Of a DNA stretch of 64,000 nucleotides, positions 1 to 12,750 are shown one piece after another. Below the pieces are notes generated by a model. The model was not told the DNA's origin. It was given only the letters and a program-made list of their open reading frames with translations, and searched no databases. Both the position numbers and the translations under genes were made by a program. Origin of the DNA: Somniosus microcephalus (Eukaryota); assembly GCA_052327205.1 (NCBI GenBank), contig CM126218.1, forward strand, positions 58,776,001-58,840,000, given 5' to 3'. Position 1 is the stretch's first letter. The number at the start of each line of letters is the position of its first letter.

Positions 1-152
1 GCCAAAGTGCATAACCTCACACTTTCCAACATTATATTGCATCTGCCAAATCTCTGCCCACTCACTTAGCCTGTCTATGTCCTTTTTGCAGGTTTTTTAT
101 GTCCTCCTCACTCACTGCTTTCCCTCCCATCTTTGTATCGTCGGCAAACTTG
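1..152 (-). mobile_element. CR1 RT fragment cut by the window edge
   Basis: Minus strand encodes KFADD...DRLSEW...WQMQYNVGKCEV-like sequence. Confidence 0.75.
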
Positions 153-169
153 GAGGTGGAACACCAAGA

Positions 170-1170
170 CTGTCCTCATCAATCGTTCTCTGATTAATAC
201 TGCTATCATCGCCTGTCTTCTTAAAAAGCCTATCTTTGACCCCTTTGTCATTTTCTGTGACTGTGTCTCCTTGAACTCTCTGTAGTCTTCAATAGTCAAC
301 TCCATGGTACAGCCCTCTCTTGTTTTTATTCTCACCCCCTCTAACACACCCAAACCCTCTCCTCCCAGGCCCATATCCTTATCCTGATGTATTCCAAGAC
401 TCCATTCTTTGCCTCATCCTTTTCCTTATCTTGGGAACATCATCTGTGAACATGGAGCTAAGTTCCATATATGTGCTGATAACACCCAACTCTATCTCCG
501 CCCTTGATTCCATAACTGTTGCCATGCTGGTTGACTGCCTGTCTCTCAAGTCCTGGTTGCCAAATGTCATTCACTTCAACATCAGCCAAACAGATGCCAC
601 CTTGTTTTGCTTATGGCAGAATCTTTGCATCTCAAGTGCCAATTCTATCTTCCTCCAGGGATGCTCATTCAGAATAAACATGCAGGTGCATAACCTTGTT
701 ACCCATCGCTGAGTTGAGCTTCAAACCCAACATCTAGTGCATTGCCAAAACCACTTACTTCCACCACCAATAAAACATTTTCCACACCTTCATCACCTCA
801 AGCCTCCATTTCTCCAGTGTTTTTCTTGCCAGCCTCCCCATCTTCAGCCTACACAAACACTAACTCATCCAAGACTCTTGCAGCCTTGAACCTATCCCAC
901 ACAAAATCCCACACATCAATTACCTTTGTCTTTTGCAAGCTCCAGCGCATCGACGTCAAAATCCTCACCCTTATCTTCAAGTCCTTGCATGACCTACCTG
1001 TAAAATTGTCTGCAACATCTGTGCTCCATTTATTTGACTCTGGTCTACATCAAATTTCCCCCATCTCCATTCCACGGTGGCAAAGCCTGAAGCCACCTTG
1101 CATACTGGAATTATTTTCCTAAATCTCTTTGCCCTGTTCTCTATTCTCATCTTCCATCAAAACCTACCTT
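170..1170 (+). mobile_element. Degenerate L2-clade LINE fragment
   Basis: Decayed RT and C-terminal motifs (YADNTQLY-like, QRIDVKILTLIFKSLH); boundaries approximate. Confidence 0.6.
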
Positions 1171-1245
1171 TATGGTGACCTATCCAAAGTTGGTAATGAG
1201 TCAAAGAGTCACAGAATCTCCAGCACCGTAATGTGTAAACAGTAT

Positions 1246-3149
1246 GGGGGAAAAATTCGGTATTGACCATTTTGGGGCGCTAACATTGCCTGCCGCAAAC
1301 TTTAGCGCCCGGCGCTAGTTAACGCCGTCAACCGCGAAATTTAGTTTTACTGCTCCAAGATGGAGGTGGAGCATTAAATCAAGCGCGCCACTTCCTTCTT
1401 GGAGCGCTAACCCCGAATATCAGGGTGGAGAATTCAACAGTGCCGCACACTGGGCCATGCAGCGCTGCCGCATTCAAAGGCCCCTTCCCTCCCTTACTGC
1501 ATAAGGCTGCATAAGATAAGAGCTCACGGAGTTGGGGGTAGTATATTAGCATGGATAGAGAATTGGCTAACTAACAGAAAGCACAGAGTCGGGATAAATG
1601 GGTCATCTTCTGGTTGGCAAACGATAACTAGTGGGGTGCCACAGGGATCAGTGCTGGAGCCCCAACTATTTACAATCTACATTAATGACTTGGATGAAGG
1701 GATCGAGTGTAATGTAGCCAAGTTTGCAGATGATACAAAGATGGGTGGGAAAGCAAGTTGTGCAGAGGATTCAAAGAATCTGCAAAGGGATATAGACAGG
1801 CTAAGTGAGTGGGCAAACATTTGGCAAATAGAGTATAATGTGGGAAAGTGCGAGGTTATCCACTGTGGCAGGAAAAAAAAGCAAACTATTATTTAAATGG
1901 AGAGAGATTACAAAATGCTACAGTTCAGAGGGACCTGGGGGTCCTTGTGCATGAAACACAAAAAGTTAGCATGCAGGTACAGCAAGTAATCAAAAAGGCA
2001 AATGGACTGGCCATTTATTTCAAGGGGGTTGGAGTATAAAAGCAGGGAAGTCCTGCTACAACTGTACAAGGTTTTGGTGAGACCACACCTGGAGTACTGC
2101 GTACAGTTTTGGCCTCCTTATTTAAGGAAGGATATACTTGCATTGGAGGCAGTTCAGAGACGATTCACTCGGTTAATTCCAGAGATGAGGGGTTTGACTT
2201 ATGAGGAAAGGTTGAGCAGGCTGGGCCTATACTCATTGGAATTTAGAAGAATGAGAGGTGATCTTATTGAAACATATAAGATACTGAGGGGCCTCGACAA
2301 GGTAGATGCAGAGAGGATGTTTCCCCTCGTGGGGAAATCTAGAACTCGGGGGCACAGTCTCAGAATAAAGGGTCGCCCTTTTAGAACTGAGATGAGGAGG
2401 AACTTCTTCTCTCAGAGGGTTGTAAATCTGTGGAACTCTCTGCCCCAGAGAGCTGTGGAGGCTGGGTCATTAAATACATTTAAACTGGAGATAGACAAAT
2501 TTTTGCAAGATAAGGGAGTGAAGGGTTATGGGGAGCAGGCTGGGAAGTGGCTTTGAGCCCTAGATCAGCCATGATCTTATTGAATGGCGGAGCAGGCTCG
2601 AGGGTCCAAGTGGCCTATTCCTGCTCCTATTTCTTATGTTCTTATGTTCTTAAAGGGAAGGGCCATCACTGCAGGCTCTGCAATAGAAAAATTACCTACC
2701 TGGACCACCAAGGTTGCTGCGATCCAGCGGGATTAGTCTGGCACTCAAGCAGCGTGCTGAGCTGATAGATCGCGGGCAGGAAACCGCGAACAAAACACCA
2801 ACAGGTAAGGTAAGTTTTTTTTATGCTTACCTCGGCCACCTCGCCTTTAATCATCGCCCCCGAAGCGGCCAGCCGACCGATGCAAGCCTCCTGCAGCTGT
2901 CGGTGTTTTCGACCGGGGCTGCTGCAGGGGGCGGAAGGCAATTTCGGGTCCGGACACTGCGCACGGCGATGACGTCATGATCTCCGGGCGAAGGAGATCG
3001 GAGTGCAACGCTGCAGCGTCGCCACAAAACTCCCACTGAATATGGCGGGAGTCGATGTCAGCGCCGCGCTGGTCACAAGGCAATTGGTGCCTCGCTAGCG
3101 CCCCCGGGGGACATTAACAAGAGGTGCAAAGGCACCCAATTTCTCCCCC
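1246..3149 (-). mobile_element. Non-autonomous Harbinger MITE (~750 bp) interrupted by a CR1 insertion
   Basis: TIR GGGGGA(A/G)AAATT(C/G)GGT; TAT TSD (1243-1245 and 3150-3152); TAGCGCC-rich subterminal sequence. Confidence 0.85.
1497..2650 (+). mobile_element. 5'-truncated CR1 LINE (RT C-terminus and 3' UTR, TTCTTATG tail)
   Basis: ORFs with VPQGSVL, KFADDTK and LVRPHLEYCVQFW; 8-bp tandem tail. Confidence 0.95.
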
Positions 3150-3542
3150 TATGTGTTCTGGAGTTTTCAGTCTCCCATTGTGATATGAGAGAAACTCAAA
3201 CAAATTAAATTACAAATGAGAACTTTTCAATTGCCTCAATGAATCCACAGGGTCTGTAGCTTTTAAGGGGTAATGTCTCCAAGCTTTCCTAAAACACTAG
3301 TGATAACTCAGTATGAATACTTCATCCAAGGCAGGTTCATACCTAGTGTAATCCAAACCTTTCTCTTTCTCTTCTCAGTTTGGAATTTAACGCTAAAGAA
3401 CATTGGAAGAGCAGGTGTGAAGTGAGAAGCAATAATATCCTCTCATGGTTAAAAATGTATTCTTGTTTTCCAAAGCTGGGAATTGCCTTTAAGGCAGCAC
3501 GGGAAATTAAACCAGGTGCAAGAACTGGAGCATGCTTCTTAC

Positions 3543-3779
3543 CGGAGAGTCCAGTCATGGTTACAGTAAGGTTGGACATTTCCCAGGTAGAAGCCCAGGG
3601 ACTGAGTGACATCCACAAGATTGGTGAAGTTGAGACTAATGCTGTTGTACAGGACTGACGTCATCGTAATTTCATCAATAGCCCACACGTCCTCACCCGG
3701 CCCAGAGTGGTAAGGCTGCCACCATCGGAACTGGATGCCAAACTGCTGTGCATTCTCCGGGAGCTCCACAGAGATAATT
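3543..3779 (-). CDS. RELN: Reelin coding exon (approx. exon 20), 237 nt, [24 protein letters not shown]...[12 protein letters not shown](R)
   Basis: ORF 3539..3769; tag acceptor, gtaag donor. Confidence 0.96.
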
Positions 3780-6189
3780 CTAAGACCAAAAAAACGGCAG
3801 TGTGTGAAAATTCCATAGTCTGCTAATCATCCTTTTGTATCTACAGTATTTTCAGCAGGTAGAGAATATGATAAAATAGAAAGTCAAGCTATGCACACAA
3901 ATATTGTCCTGCGAGAGAAATGGTTTAAAAGCAGTGATTTTGGGACAAGAAACTACACAGATGTGCAGACAGCACTGTGACAAAACTCAATAGATATTTA
4001 TTAAAAGGACTTTTTGAGATCACACTGTTTCTGGTCTGTAACAAAGGCAAATATGGTTTCCAACATGAAAATGAACCGGAAGTTTTCTAAGATAAAGCCC
4101 ATTAAGACTGGGGGGAAATCTTGTAAAAAGTTGTAAAATTATTGACAGATAAGGTGGTCTTTACAAGTAAGCTACAGGTCAATGGTCCAGTGGTCCCAGT
4201 AATATTCACCGCTCAAAGAAACCCAGAGAATGTTGAGGAAAAACTAACTTGTCCAGATGAGTATTTCAGTTATTGAGGTGCGATCACTTCTTACAGAGGC
4301 TCAACAGGAGACTAGGTGACTTAAGCTTGGTTGGAATTTAGTCACACATTTTAAAGCTATTAGGGCAACAGGCTGATGCTGACTGGCTGAGTCAAGAGCA
4401 TGTGATGACTCCCACAACAGAAATCCCCTCACTTCCTGCATCAGTAACAAGGGAGCTTAAAAAGAGAACAGCATTAAGGTACCTACAAAATGTTTTAAAG
4501 CGTTATTGTTTATTAAGATCAAGGAAAGAGTCAGCACTTACAAAAACCTTAGTATAAAAATAATGATGTTTGGATGCCAATTTGGAGCTTAGAACTATAC
4601 CGCTGTCGGCAACATTAATGGAAGAAAACCTAAAGCATTTATTTGATACTTGTTTGTCCAATAGTTTAGCAGAGCGTTAATCCAAAAAAATGGAACACCA
4701 CCTGCATTTAAATAGTGAACAGAGGAATGCATGAAATCTTTTATTTGCTATTATCACCAACAATAACTTTTTGCCTTAAATATTAAATATAAATAAAGGA
4801 TTAGCAGGTCAACAACAAAGCCCTAGTCCCAGCCCAAAAAAACTGGATGACATTTCTGTTTGTGCCAGGGTTTTAAAAAAAAGTAAATAAGTAAGTAAAC
4901 ATTGCCTCCCCTCCTATTTAGTCCACTCTATGGACTGAAGCCACCAGTTTAACCAGGGCCGCCAGCCCTCATACTGTATTAGTGAAAGTCATTTATTTTG
5001 CCTCTGCTGCTTTTCCCCAATTGCTAAGACTAGTAATTAGTGCCCCGAGTCTAAATTTAGTACTTGGTGTTGAGTCAATACGTTCTTATCCACTCATGTA
5101 AAACAGTGCAAACCTTGCAAAGTACACACCACAAATGAAGAATAATGTCACCTTTTTAACAACTGTCGACATATGGAGCAGCAGGGAGGACATATTATCA
5201 TAGGAAAAAATAATTCTATCTCCATGATTAGCTTCATAAATCAACGGTACTGTTCCCACCCAGCTCTGCACCTGCCAGGATCAGCAAGCAACTGGGTTTC
5301 TTGGCAAACTTGCTGGTTGCTGCTACTGCACAGCACAGCACAAATGAACTGCCTCGCTAAAAGAGCTTACAGCAGGCAGAATGCTGAATTCCGTGCCTGC
5401 GGTCCACTCCTTTCAATTGTAATTCTTTTGTAGGAGACTGACTGGTGCCTAGTCAGCAATTTCTATTGGACTACACAGTTATATCAAAGCTTTCTCAGAT
5501 TATATTTTGACTATAAACTTTAGAAATAGGAAATTAATTTAGAATGAGATAATAGACATCTGAAATATCAGTATGATGTCTGTCACGTGAAAGAGAACTT
5601 ACAACAACGACAACTTAGTTACAGAAAAATGTAAATAAAATATGAGCAAAACAAAAGATTAAAAAAGATAAGCAGTAGATGTACTCTTGTATTCAAGAAT
5701 GACGCTAGCAGTATTCACTGAGCATTTAAAGTACTTCTTGTAATATTAATGATGCTACACGGGGACAAGGCCAGATGACAAGTATAAGGAAGATTGATGG
5801 GATTCAAAGGTTTCTGGACCAAGTGAGCAGATGGGCTAGGGGAAGGTAGATGGATTTAAAGGTAGGTAGATAGATGCAAAGTAATGCATGTTGAAGGGGA
5901 AGCAGAAAATGTGTGCACAATGAAAGCGTGTATTTTACCAAAGGTGGTAAAGGAAAAAAGATTGGGCATGATTATTAGAAGTGCCCTGTCAATATAAAGC
6001 TGTTACTAACAATGCTAATCAAATACTAGGATGCATTTGAAGGAATTGCGATTAATGGGTAGATTTTCCATGTTTGTGCCCTCGGAGCAGAGCATTGCAT
6101 GCCAAGAACACATATTAGAATATTTATTACAGAGGATAGTGCATTCATTATGCAGCCTGCCTAGTTTTCTGCCAATAGATAGAAAATCA

Positions 6190-6420
6190 GGTGGTGATGT
6201 TGGTTGAGGGATAAATGTTGGCCAGGACACGGGGAGAACTCCCCTGCTTTTCCAGGCCATGGGATCTTTTACATCCACCTGAGAGGGCAAACGATGCCTT
6301 GGTTTCATCGGTCATCATCCAAAGTGTCAGATTAGATTATGTGTTCAAGTCTCTGGAGTGGGACTTGAACCCACGACCCTGACACAGAGGTGAGAGTGCT
6401 ACCCACTGAGCCATGGCTGA
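6190..6420 (-). mobile_element. Partial DeuSINE copy inserted in an old CR1 (about 5750-6790)
   Basis: Same A/B boxes and Deu-like segment as 36352-36800. Confidence 0.8.
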
Positions 6421-8050
6421 CATCTAGAGTAGTGGATATGTGGAACAGATTCTCAGAAAAGGTTATTCCTGCTGCATTGATTAACTTCTTCTTTAAAAAA
6501 AAACTGGATACATATTTAGATGGGAAAGAGTTTGGAGGCTATAGAGATATCTATTGACCAAGACCACCAAATCCAGTAGGTTTACCCACTGTTCAAGATG
6601 CTTCAGTGTGTTTGAATAGTGGAGATGTGGGGATGGATAGGAAAGTGTTGCGCCATTAGCTTTGGGAAATTCTGATGTATTTGTACAGAACCTTTCCTCA
6701 TGAGATTAACTAGATGGAATAGAGCCCAAGAAAAGGATAACTCGTACATGGTCTTCATCTTTTCTTATTCCATAGTTTCTTATGTCTTTCGATACCATTA
6801 CATTCTGATCACACTAATTCTTTATAGCCAAACAAAATAGTAATCGTAACAGAAATGATACCTTCACAGGAAAATAATTGATTTATATACAACACTGAGG
6901 CAGCAAAACACTGATCTTAAGGGGGTTTGACCCAGGCACAGTTGATCTCAAGTGGAAACGAGATTGATGTTATGCTATAAAAAATATCCTTTAAGACACC
7001 TTTTCTACCTTTTGCTGCAGAAAGCCAGACTAACAAAAACTTAGCAGGCAAAAAAAGGGAGCATCTGTGGTCCTGCTCTTTCACTCTGTCGGCCATCTCT
7101 CTATTGGCACTAAAGCTATCTCATGCACATGGAGTCACTGCTGCATAAACAGACACAGTGTGGTCATATATATATACCTATCTCAGTTTAAATTCCAGGG
7201 AATGGTGTTAACTTCCCAAAATGCCACAATACTGAGAATTAAATCTATTGCACGTTGTATGTATTATCCCATCAGGTTATGTTCTACGTTTCTAATTATT
7301 TGAAGAAACCTGGTGTAAAAAAAGAAACCAACTGGGAAAACAATATTAAATCTGATCACAAAGTCATCAAGAAGGCAGCCAGTTATTCAGGGGTTAACTG
7401 CAAATCAGGGTAAAGGGATGGCCTAAATGATAGCATCATGCTTGGAGTATGTTTTGTTTTATTCAGCTGGCAGTGCTGTCACTGGGACAGGTGGCACACA
7501 CCACAAAAATAGTGCACTCGGCAAAATCACTGGGCCGAGCACAGCTGGGGAACAGTTCTGAAACCTGGCACAGCTGGCGTTCTAGTCACAATGGGCACTG
7601 CGGACAAAGCTCAAGCAGTGGAGATACTTGGCAAAGGCAGAAAGCTGGCCCAGCAGGCAGACGCAGCCTGCAAAGATTCTGTCTTGTTTGTCAACTCGAG
7701 CTTGTTCCAACTCGTCAATGACAAGTGTGCATAATTAGAACAAAAAATGATCAGAGTAAGAGGGAGGTGGATAGGAAGCAGGACTTTTTGGGCTATTTTA
7801 TAAGCCCAAGGTGAGAACTTCAGGCATCTGTTAATTCTGAAAGTTGAAAAAGAGTTACAAGTATCTGAATATTGTGATGCACTGAAGAATTAGTTTTAAA
7901 ATTCAGTGAGATAAAATCCTGTAACCTTGGTAAGATGGCTACGCTGGAGTTTGAGAATTAGCTTTTAGTTCCACTGTAACTATAGTAACAACTTAATTAA
8001 TAACAGCTGTTTGAAAAAAAGTGTTGTCATGCTGATCAACATCCGATAGT

Positions 8051-8530
8051 TATTGATTATTCTATATTGAAAAAGTAACAGATTGCTATAAGGTTTCTTT
8101 TTATAATTTGCTGTACTAGCCGAAGATTGCCAAAGGGTTATATAATTTCCCCGTTTGCCCAGATCGCACATTTATCCTCAGTGTGACACTTCATCCGCTA
8201 ACCATATGAGAACTGACACGCCGAGAGTTTGGAGAGGAAAGGGCTGGAAGTCTTGCTTTATTTAATGGAGCTTTATTTTAGGCACACAGTCCGGTTTGAC
8301 CCTCCAGTTTATCTGAGGTGTACGTTGATTCCTTCTGTTTGAACATTCTGTTGCAATGCTGATTAATTTATCTAATAGGTGTATTGATTATATATTAACA
8401 AAGTAACAGATTGCTATGAGGTTTCTTTCTGTAATTTGTTGTACCATCTGAAGATTGCCAAAGGATTACATAATTCCACCCCCTTGATGACATATTTCAC
8501 CTCAGTGTGACACTATCCACCAATCACAAG
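8051..8530. repeat. Diverged direct duplication of about 150 bp (8051-8205 and 8382-8530)
   Basis: Shared blocks AAAGTAACAGATTGCTAT, GAAGATTGCCAAAGG and CCTCAGTGTGACACT in the same order. Confidence 0.8.
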
Positions 8531-9163
8531 CTAAGTCAAGCGAGCGGGACTCAATAGGACTCAGCTTCTAGCCTTCATGCTGTGTCAAATACTTCCATCT
8601 CCTGATCTATTCAAGCTGTCCAAGTGATAATAATATTACTTACCATCATAATAATAATAATAGTAATAAACTTAATTATTACTAATTGTAGACAGTTACT
8701 AGATGGAAACTGTAGATGACCAGTTATGTGTTAAATAGCGAGATTATTCAAATTGATGGCTCACTGGGCACAATCACTGCCATGTCTGGCAGCGAGGCAA
8801 AGAGACCAAGTTGGCCCCAGGTTCCATTCCTGGTCTGAGCTGATCTCAGCCAGGACAGTGGTACCGACACTGCAATTTCCCCTCAGCACCACGGAGCTGC
8901 GGAAAGTAAAGTCAGCCAGTATCCCCGCTTTTGAATCCTGTCCAGAGTGACCTTGCCAAAACAAAAGGTTGAAATAGAACTTCCTAAAGTTGTGGGAAGA
9001 TGTTGTTATTTTCACTTTCTTGCTGTCATTTATGAAGGGGCATCCTCACCAATGAAAGGACGCGAGCAAAGCTCTTCAAGAGCTGTTTGTGTTCATGAAC
9101 AAAATCATCCCTGGCACAATGATGCCGTTGATGCCAACAGTTACATCTCTGTGAGGAAACAGA

Positions 9164-9834
9164 GGGGGAAAAATTCAGTTGTTTGTGCCTCCCGTTAGCG
9201 CCTTAAGAGGGCGCTAATGGGGCGCAAAGCAACTAGCGCCCGGGCGCGGCGAGGTTTGCGCCGCTTGCGAAATTAACTAGACATTTTGCGGCAGCGCTAA
9301 ACACTACCGCCACGATCTCCTGCGGCAGCAGATCGTGACGTCAGTCGAGTGCGCAACGCCCCGGTAGCGTCCCGGACCGGATATTGAGTGGCGCCCCCTG
9401 TCTTACCGCCTGCCGCTAGCAACGACAGGTTGAGGGGAGCGTTTTGCAGTCAGAAAGGGACTGGGGGAGCGCTATTTAAAGGCGACTGCTTCCTGCCTTT
9501 TTTTGTTGGTGACATTTTTGCACCACGCATTCTGAGAGATAGAGACTTCTGGAGAGATTCAATGCTGTGTGAAGGAGTTTTGAGTACTGAGCAGCACTTT
9601 GCAGGTTCATTTTGATTTGCCCTTCCTTGCTTCGCCAGCGCTCTGAGGTAGCGGCACGCTCCTCGGCCTTTGCGCCTTAAGACAGGTGTGAAGCGCCTGA
9701 TTTAGCACTCCAATCACCTCCAGGGACGATAAAAGCCAAGTATGCCGTCGGAGGCGATAATTAGCGACAGGCGCTAAACTTTGCACACGGCCGATAATGG
9801 CGCCCCAAATGGGGCGATACTGAATTTTTCCCCC
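9164..9834 (+). mobile_element. Non-autonomous Harbinger MITE (671 bp)
   Basis: Perfect 16-bp TIR GGGGGAAAAATTCAGT; AGA TSD; both ends resemble the ends of the 44795-49090 element. Confidence 0.9.
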
Positions 9835-9858
9835 AGAAGGTCTTTAAAAAAGTATATT

Positions 9859-11183
9859 TAGAAACATAGAAGATAGGAGCAGGAGTAGGCCATACGGCCC
9901 TTCGAGCCTGCTCTGCCATTCAATGAGATCATGGCTGATCATCCAAATTCAGTACCCTGTCCCTGCCTTCTCCCCATATCCCTTGATCCCTTTAGCCTTA
10001 AGAAATATATCCAACTCCTTCTTGAATATATTTAATGAACTGGCCTCCACCGCCCTCTGTGGCAGAGAATTCCACAGGTTCACCACTCTCTGGGTGAAGA
10101 AATTCCTCCTCATTTTAGTCCTAAATGGCTTACCCGTTATCCTTAGACTATGACCCCTGGTTCTGGACTCCCCGGCCATCGGAAACATCCTTCCTGCGCC
10201 TAGTCTGTCCAGGCCTGACAGAATTTTATAGATTTCGATGAGATCCCCTCTCAATCTTCTAAACTCCAGTGAGTATAAGCCCAATCGACACAATCTCTCC
10301 TCATACGTCATTCTGCCATCCCAGGTATCAGCCTGGTGAATCTTCGCTGCACTCCTTCCATGGCAAGAACGTCCTTCCTCAGATAAGGTGACCAAAACTG
10401 CACACAATACTCAAGGTGCGGTCTCACCAAGGCCCTGTACAACTGCAGCAAGACATCCTTGTTCCTGTACTCGAACCCTCTTGCTACGAAGGCCAACATA
10501 CCATTTGCCTTCTTAACTGCCTGCTGCACCTGCATGCCTACCTTCAGCGACTGGTGCACAAGAACACCCAGGTCTCTTTGCACTTCCCCTTCTCCCAATC
10601 TATTACCATTCAAATAATAATCTGCCTTCCTGTTTTTGCCACCAAAGTGGATAACCTCACATTTATCCACATTATAGTGCATTTGCCATGTTTCTGCCCA
10701 ATCACCCAACCTGTCCAAATCGTACTGGAGTTTCACAACATCCTCCTCACAGCATACCCTCCCACCCAGCTTTGTGTCGGCTGCAAATTTGGAGATATTA
10801 CATCCAATTCCCTCGTCCAGATCATTAATGTATATTGTGAACAGCTGGGGTTCTAGGACCGATCCTTGCGGTACCCCACTAGTCACTGCCTGCCACTCGG
10901 AAAACGACCCGTTTATTCCAACTCTTTGCTTTCTATCCACCAACCAGTCCTCTATCCAAGTCAATACCTTGCCCCCAATCCCATGTGCCTTAATTTTGCA
11001 TGCTAATCTCTTATGCGGGACCTTATTGAAAGCCTTCTGAAAGTCCAAATACACCACATCCACTGGTTCTCCCTTATCTATTTTACCAGTTACATCCTCA
11101 AAAAATTCCAGTAGATTAGTCAAGCACGATTTACCTTTTGTAAATCTATGTTGACTTTGTCCGATCCTGTCGCTGCTTTCCAA
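9859..11183 (-). mobile_element. 5'-truncated CR1 LINE (TTCTATGT tail subfamily)
   Basis: RT ORFs 10308..11213 and 9949..10407 in different frames; highly similar to 42315-44047. Confidence 0.95.
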
Positions 11184-11769
11184 ATTCCAATTTAAAATAG
11201 AACACTTCCCCACAAATGTTGTTGCCTGTTGAATGATTGTGCTTCGTAAATTTCAGCTCGCAGTTGTCTGCTCTGTGAACACCATTCGGATCCCATAATC
11301 TCAAAGTGATAAATGACCATTATCTGGACGATTTATGATCACGGCTATTTATTAGGCTAATGCGACTCAGGTCTCTGCAGCTTTGACTGCTACAATTTGT
11401 TCTGTCACCTCAAAACAACGCACAAGTTATTTTCCTCAGATAAAATGTTGAAAACATATTAGAATGTTGCTTTTGTTGGTCTTGTTTCCATACAGTGCAT
11501 AATCCGAGTTAGTGTCCAGTTTAATTGAATTCGGACTATTTCTGGGAACTTTGTCAAGATTGCAGAGTTTTAATTCATTGTGTGATCAGATTCAAGGGCA
11601 TTTTCATGTCTTAAAGTCATGTCTTAACCATAAAGTCAATAAAACAATAATTCTAACATTTGGGAAAATGCTAGAGATAATTGTACAGAAATTACTCTTT
11701 TCTCATGTAAACAAATGGCTCTTGCAGAAATCACACTGCTGCCAAGCTATTGGTTCCACATGTTGCAGT

Positions 11770-12052
11770 CTCCATTTCGGGTAACTCGCAGTCCGGATGG
11801 GAGGAGGGGAGCCGGGCATGGTGGCCAGAGCGGGAGAAGCAGGCCACCACACGTGGAGCCGGCAACAGTGAGGAGGAGGCCGCGGTGAAGAGGAGGACGG
11901 AGCGGCTGAGGGACATCGTGCTCCCACTGCCACGGGAAGCCATTGTATTGACTCTGAACGCGGCGCTGTATGTATAGCTGACGCGTCCCTACGGGGAACA
12001 AGCATTCCATTGTACTTGTTACATATGGCAAATAAATCTAATCTGAATCTGA
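11770..12052 (+). mobile_element. GC-rich short retroposon with a Rex1/Babar-like 3' end
   Basis: Ends in CATTGTACTTGTTACATATGGCAAATAAA followed by (AATCTG)n; CpG-rich body. Confidence 0.45.
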
Positions 12053-12382
12053 AGTAGCAGCGGTAAGAAAGCAGGTGTCCAGTCAGGAAAGTCGCGATCG
12101 CCATTGATGCCAATGGGACAGAACTATGGAAATTAACTTACTGAATCAGCTAACGGCAGAGCAGAATAAATGGCCCAGAAACTTTTGGTGTGGCGGAAGT
12201 AATGGTATAAGTCACTTTCACCATAATTTCCTGGAAAATCTGCGCTCCAATAATGGCGTATGATGAACATAAGACGTAGGAGCAGGAGTAGGCCATTCGG
12301 CCCCTCGAGCCTGCTCCGCCATTCAATAAGATCATGGCTGATCTGATCTTGGCCTCAACTCCACTTCTCTGTCCGCTCCCCA

Positions 12383-12750
12383 AACATTGAGTTCAACAAT
12401 TTCTGATCATAACCACTGCTCTCATTTTTTCGGACAACAGGTGCTGGTAATGATTCTGCTGTTGCTATTGACAGCTCCTCTAGACCCATCTTTTGTTTCT
12501 TTACTTGTCCTATTACCGCCCCCTTTTGCCTTGCACCATCATCCCTTTTGTCATTTAATCTTTCCAGCCTTCCACCCTATCACAGACCTTCCCTTTTGTT
12601 CTTTCCTCCCCCCCTTTCCCTGCCCCTGTACTTGCTTAAAACCTGTTACAGCTGTAATATTTTCCAGTTCTGACGAAAGGTCACCGACCTGAAACGTTAA
12701 CTCCATTTCTCTCTCCACAGATAATGAGTATTTCCAGCGTTTCTGTTTAT
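12383..12750 (+). mobile_element. Penelope-like element 3'/pLTR fragment abutting a CR1 tail (12266-12383, minus)
   Basis: Homologous to 40760-41176. Confidence 0.85.
12666..12702 (+). ncRNA. Minimal type I hammerhead ribozyme motif (Penelope-associated)
   Basis: AGTT-CTGACGA-AAGGTC-ACC-GACCT-GAAA-CGTT-AACT. Confidence 0.7.
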
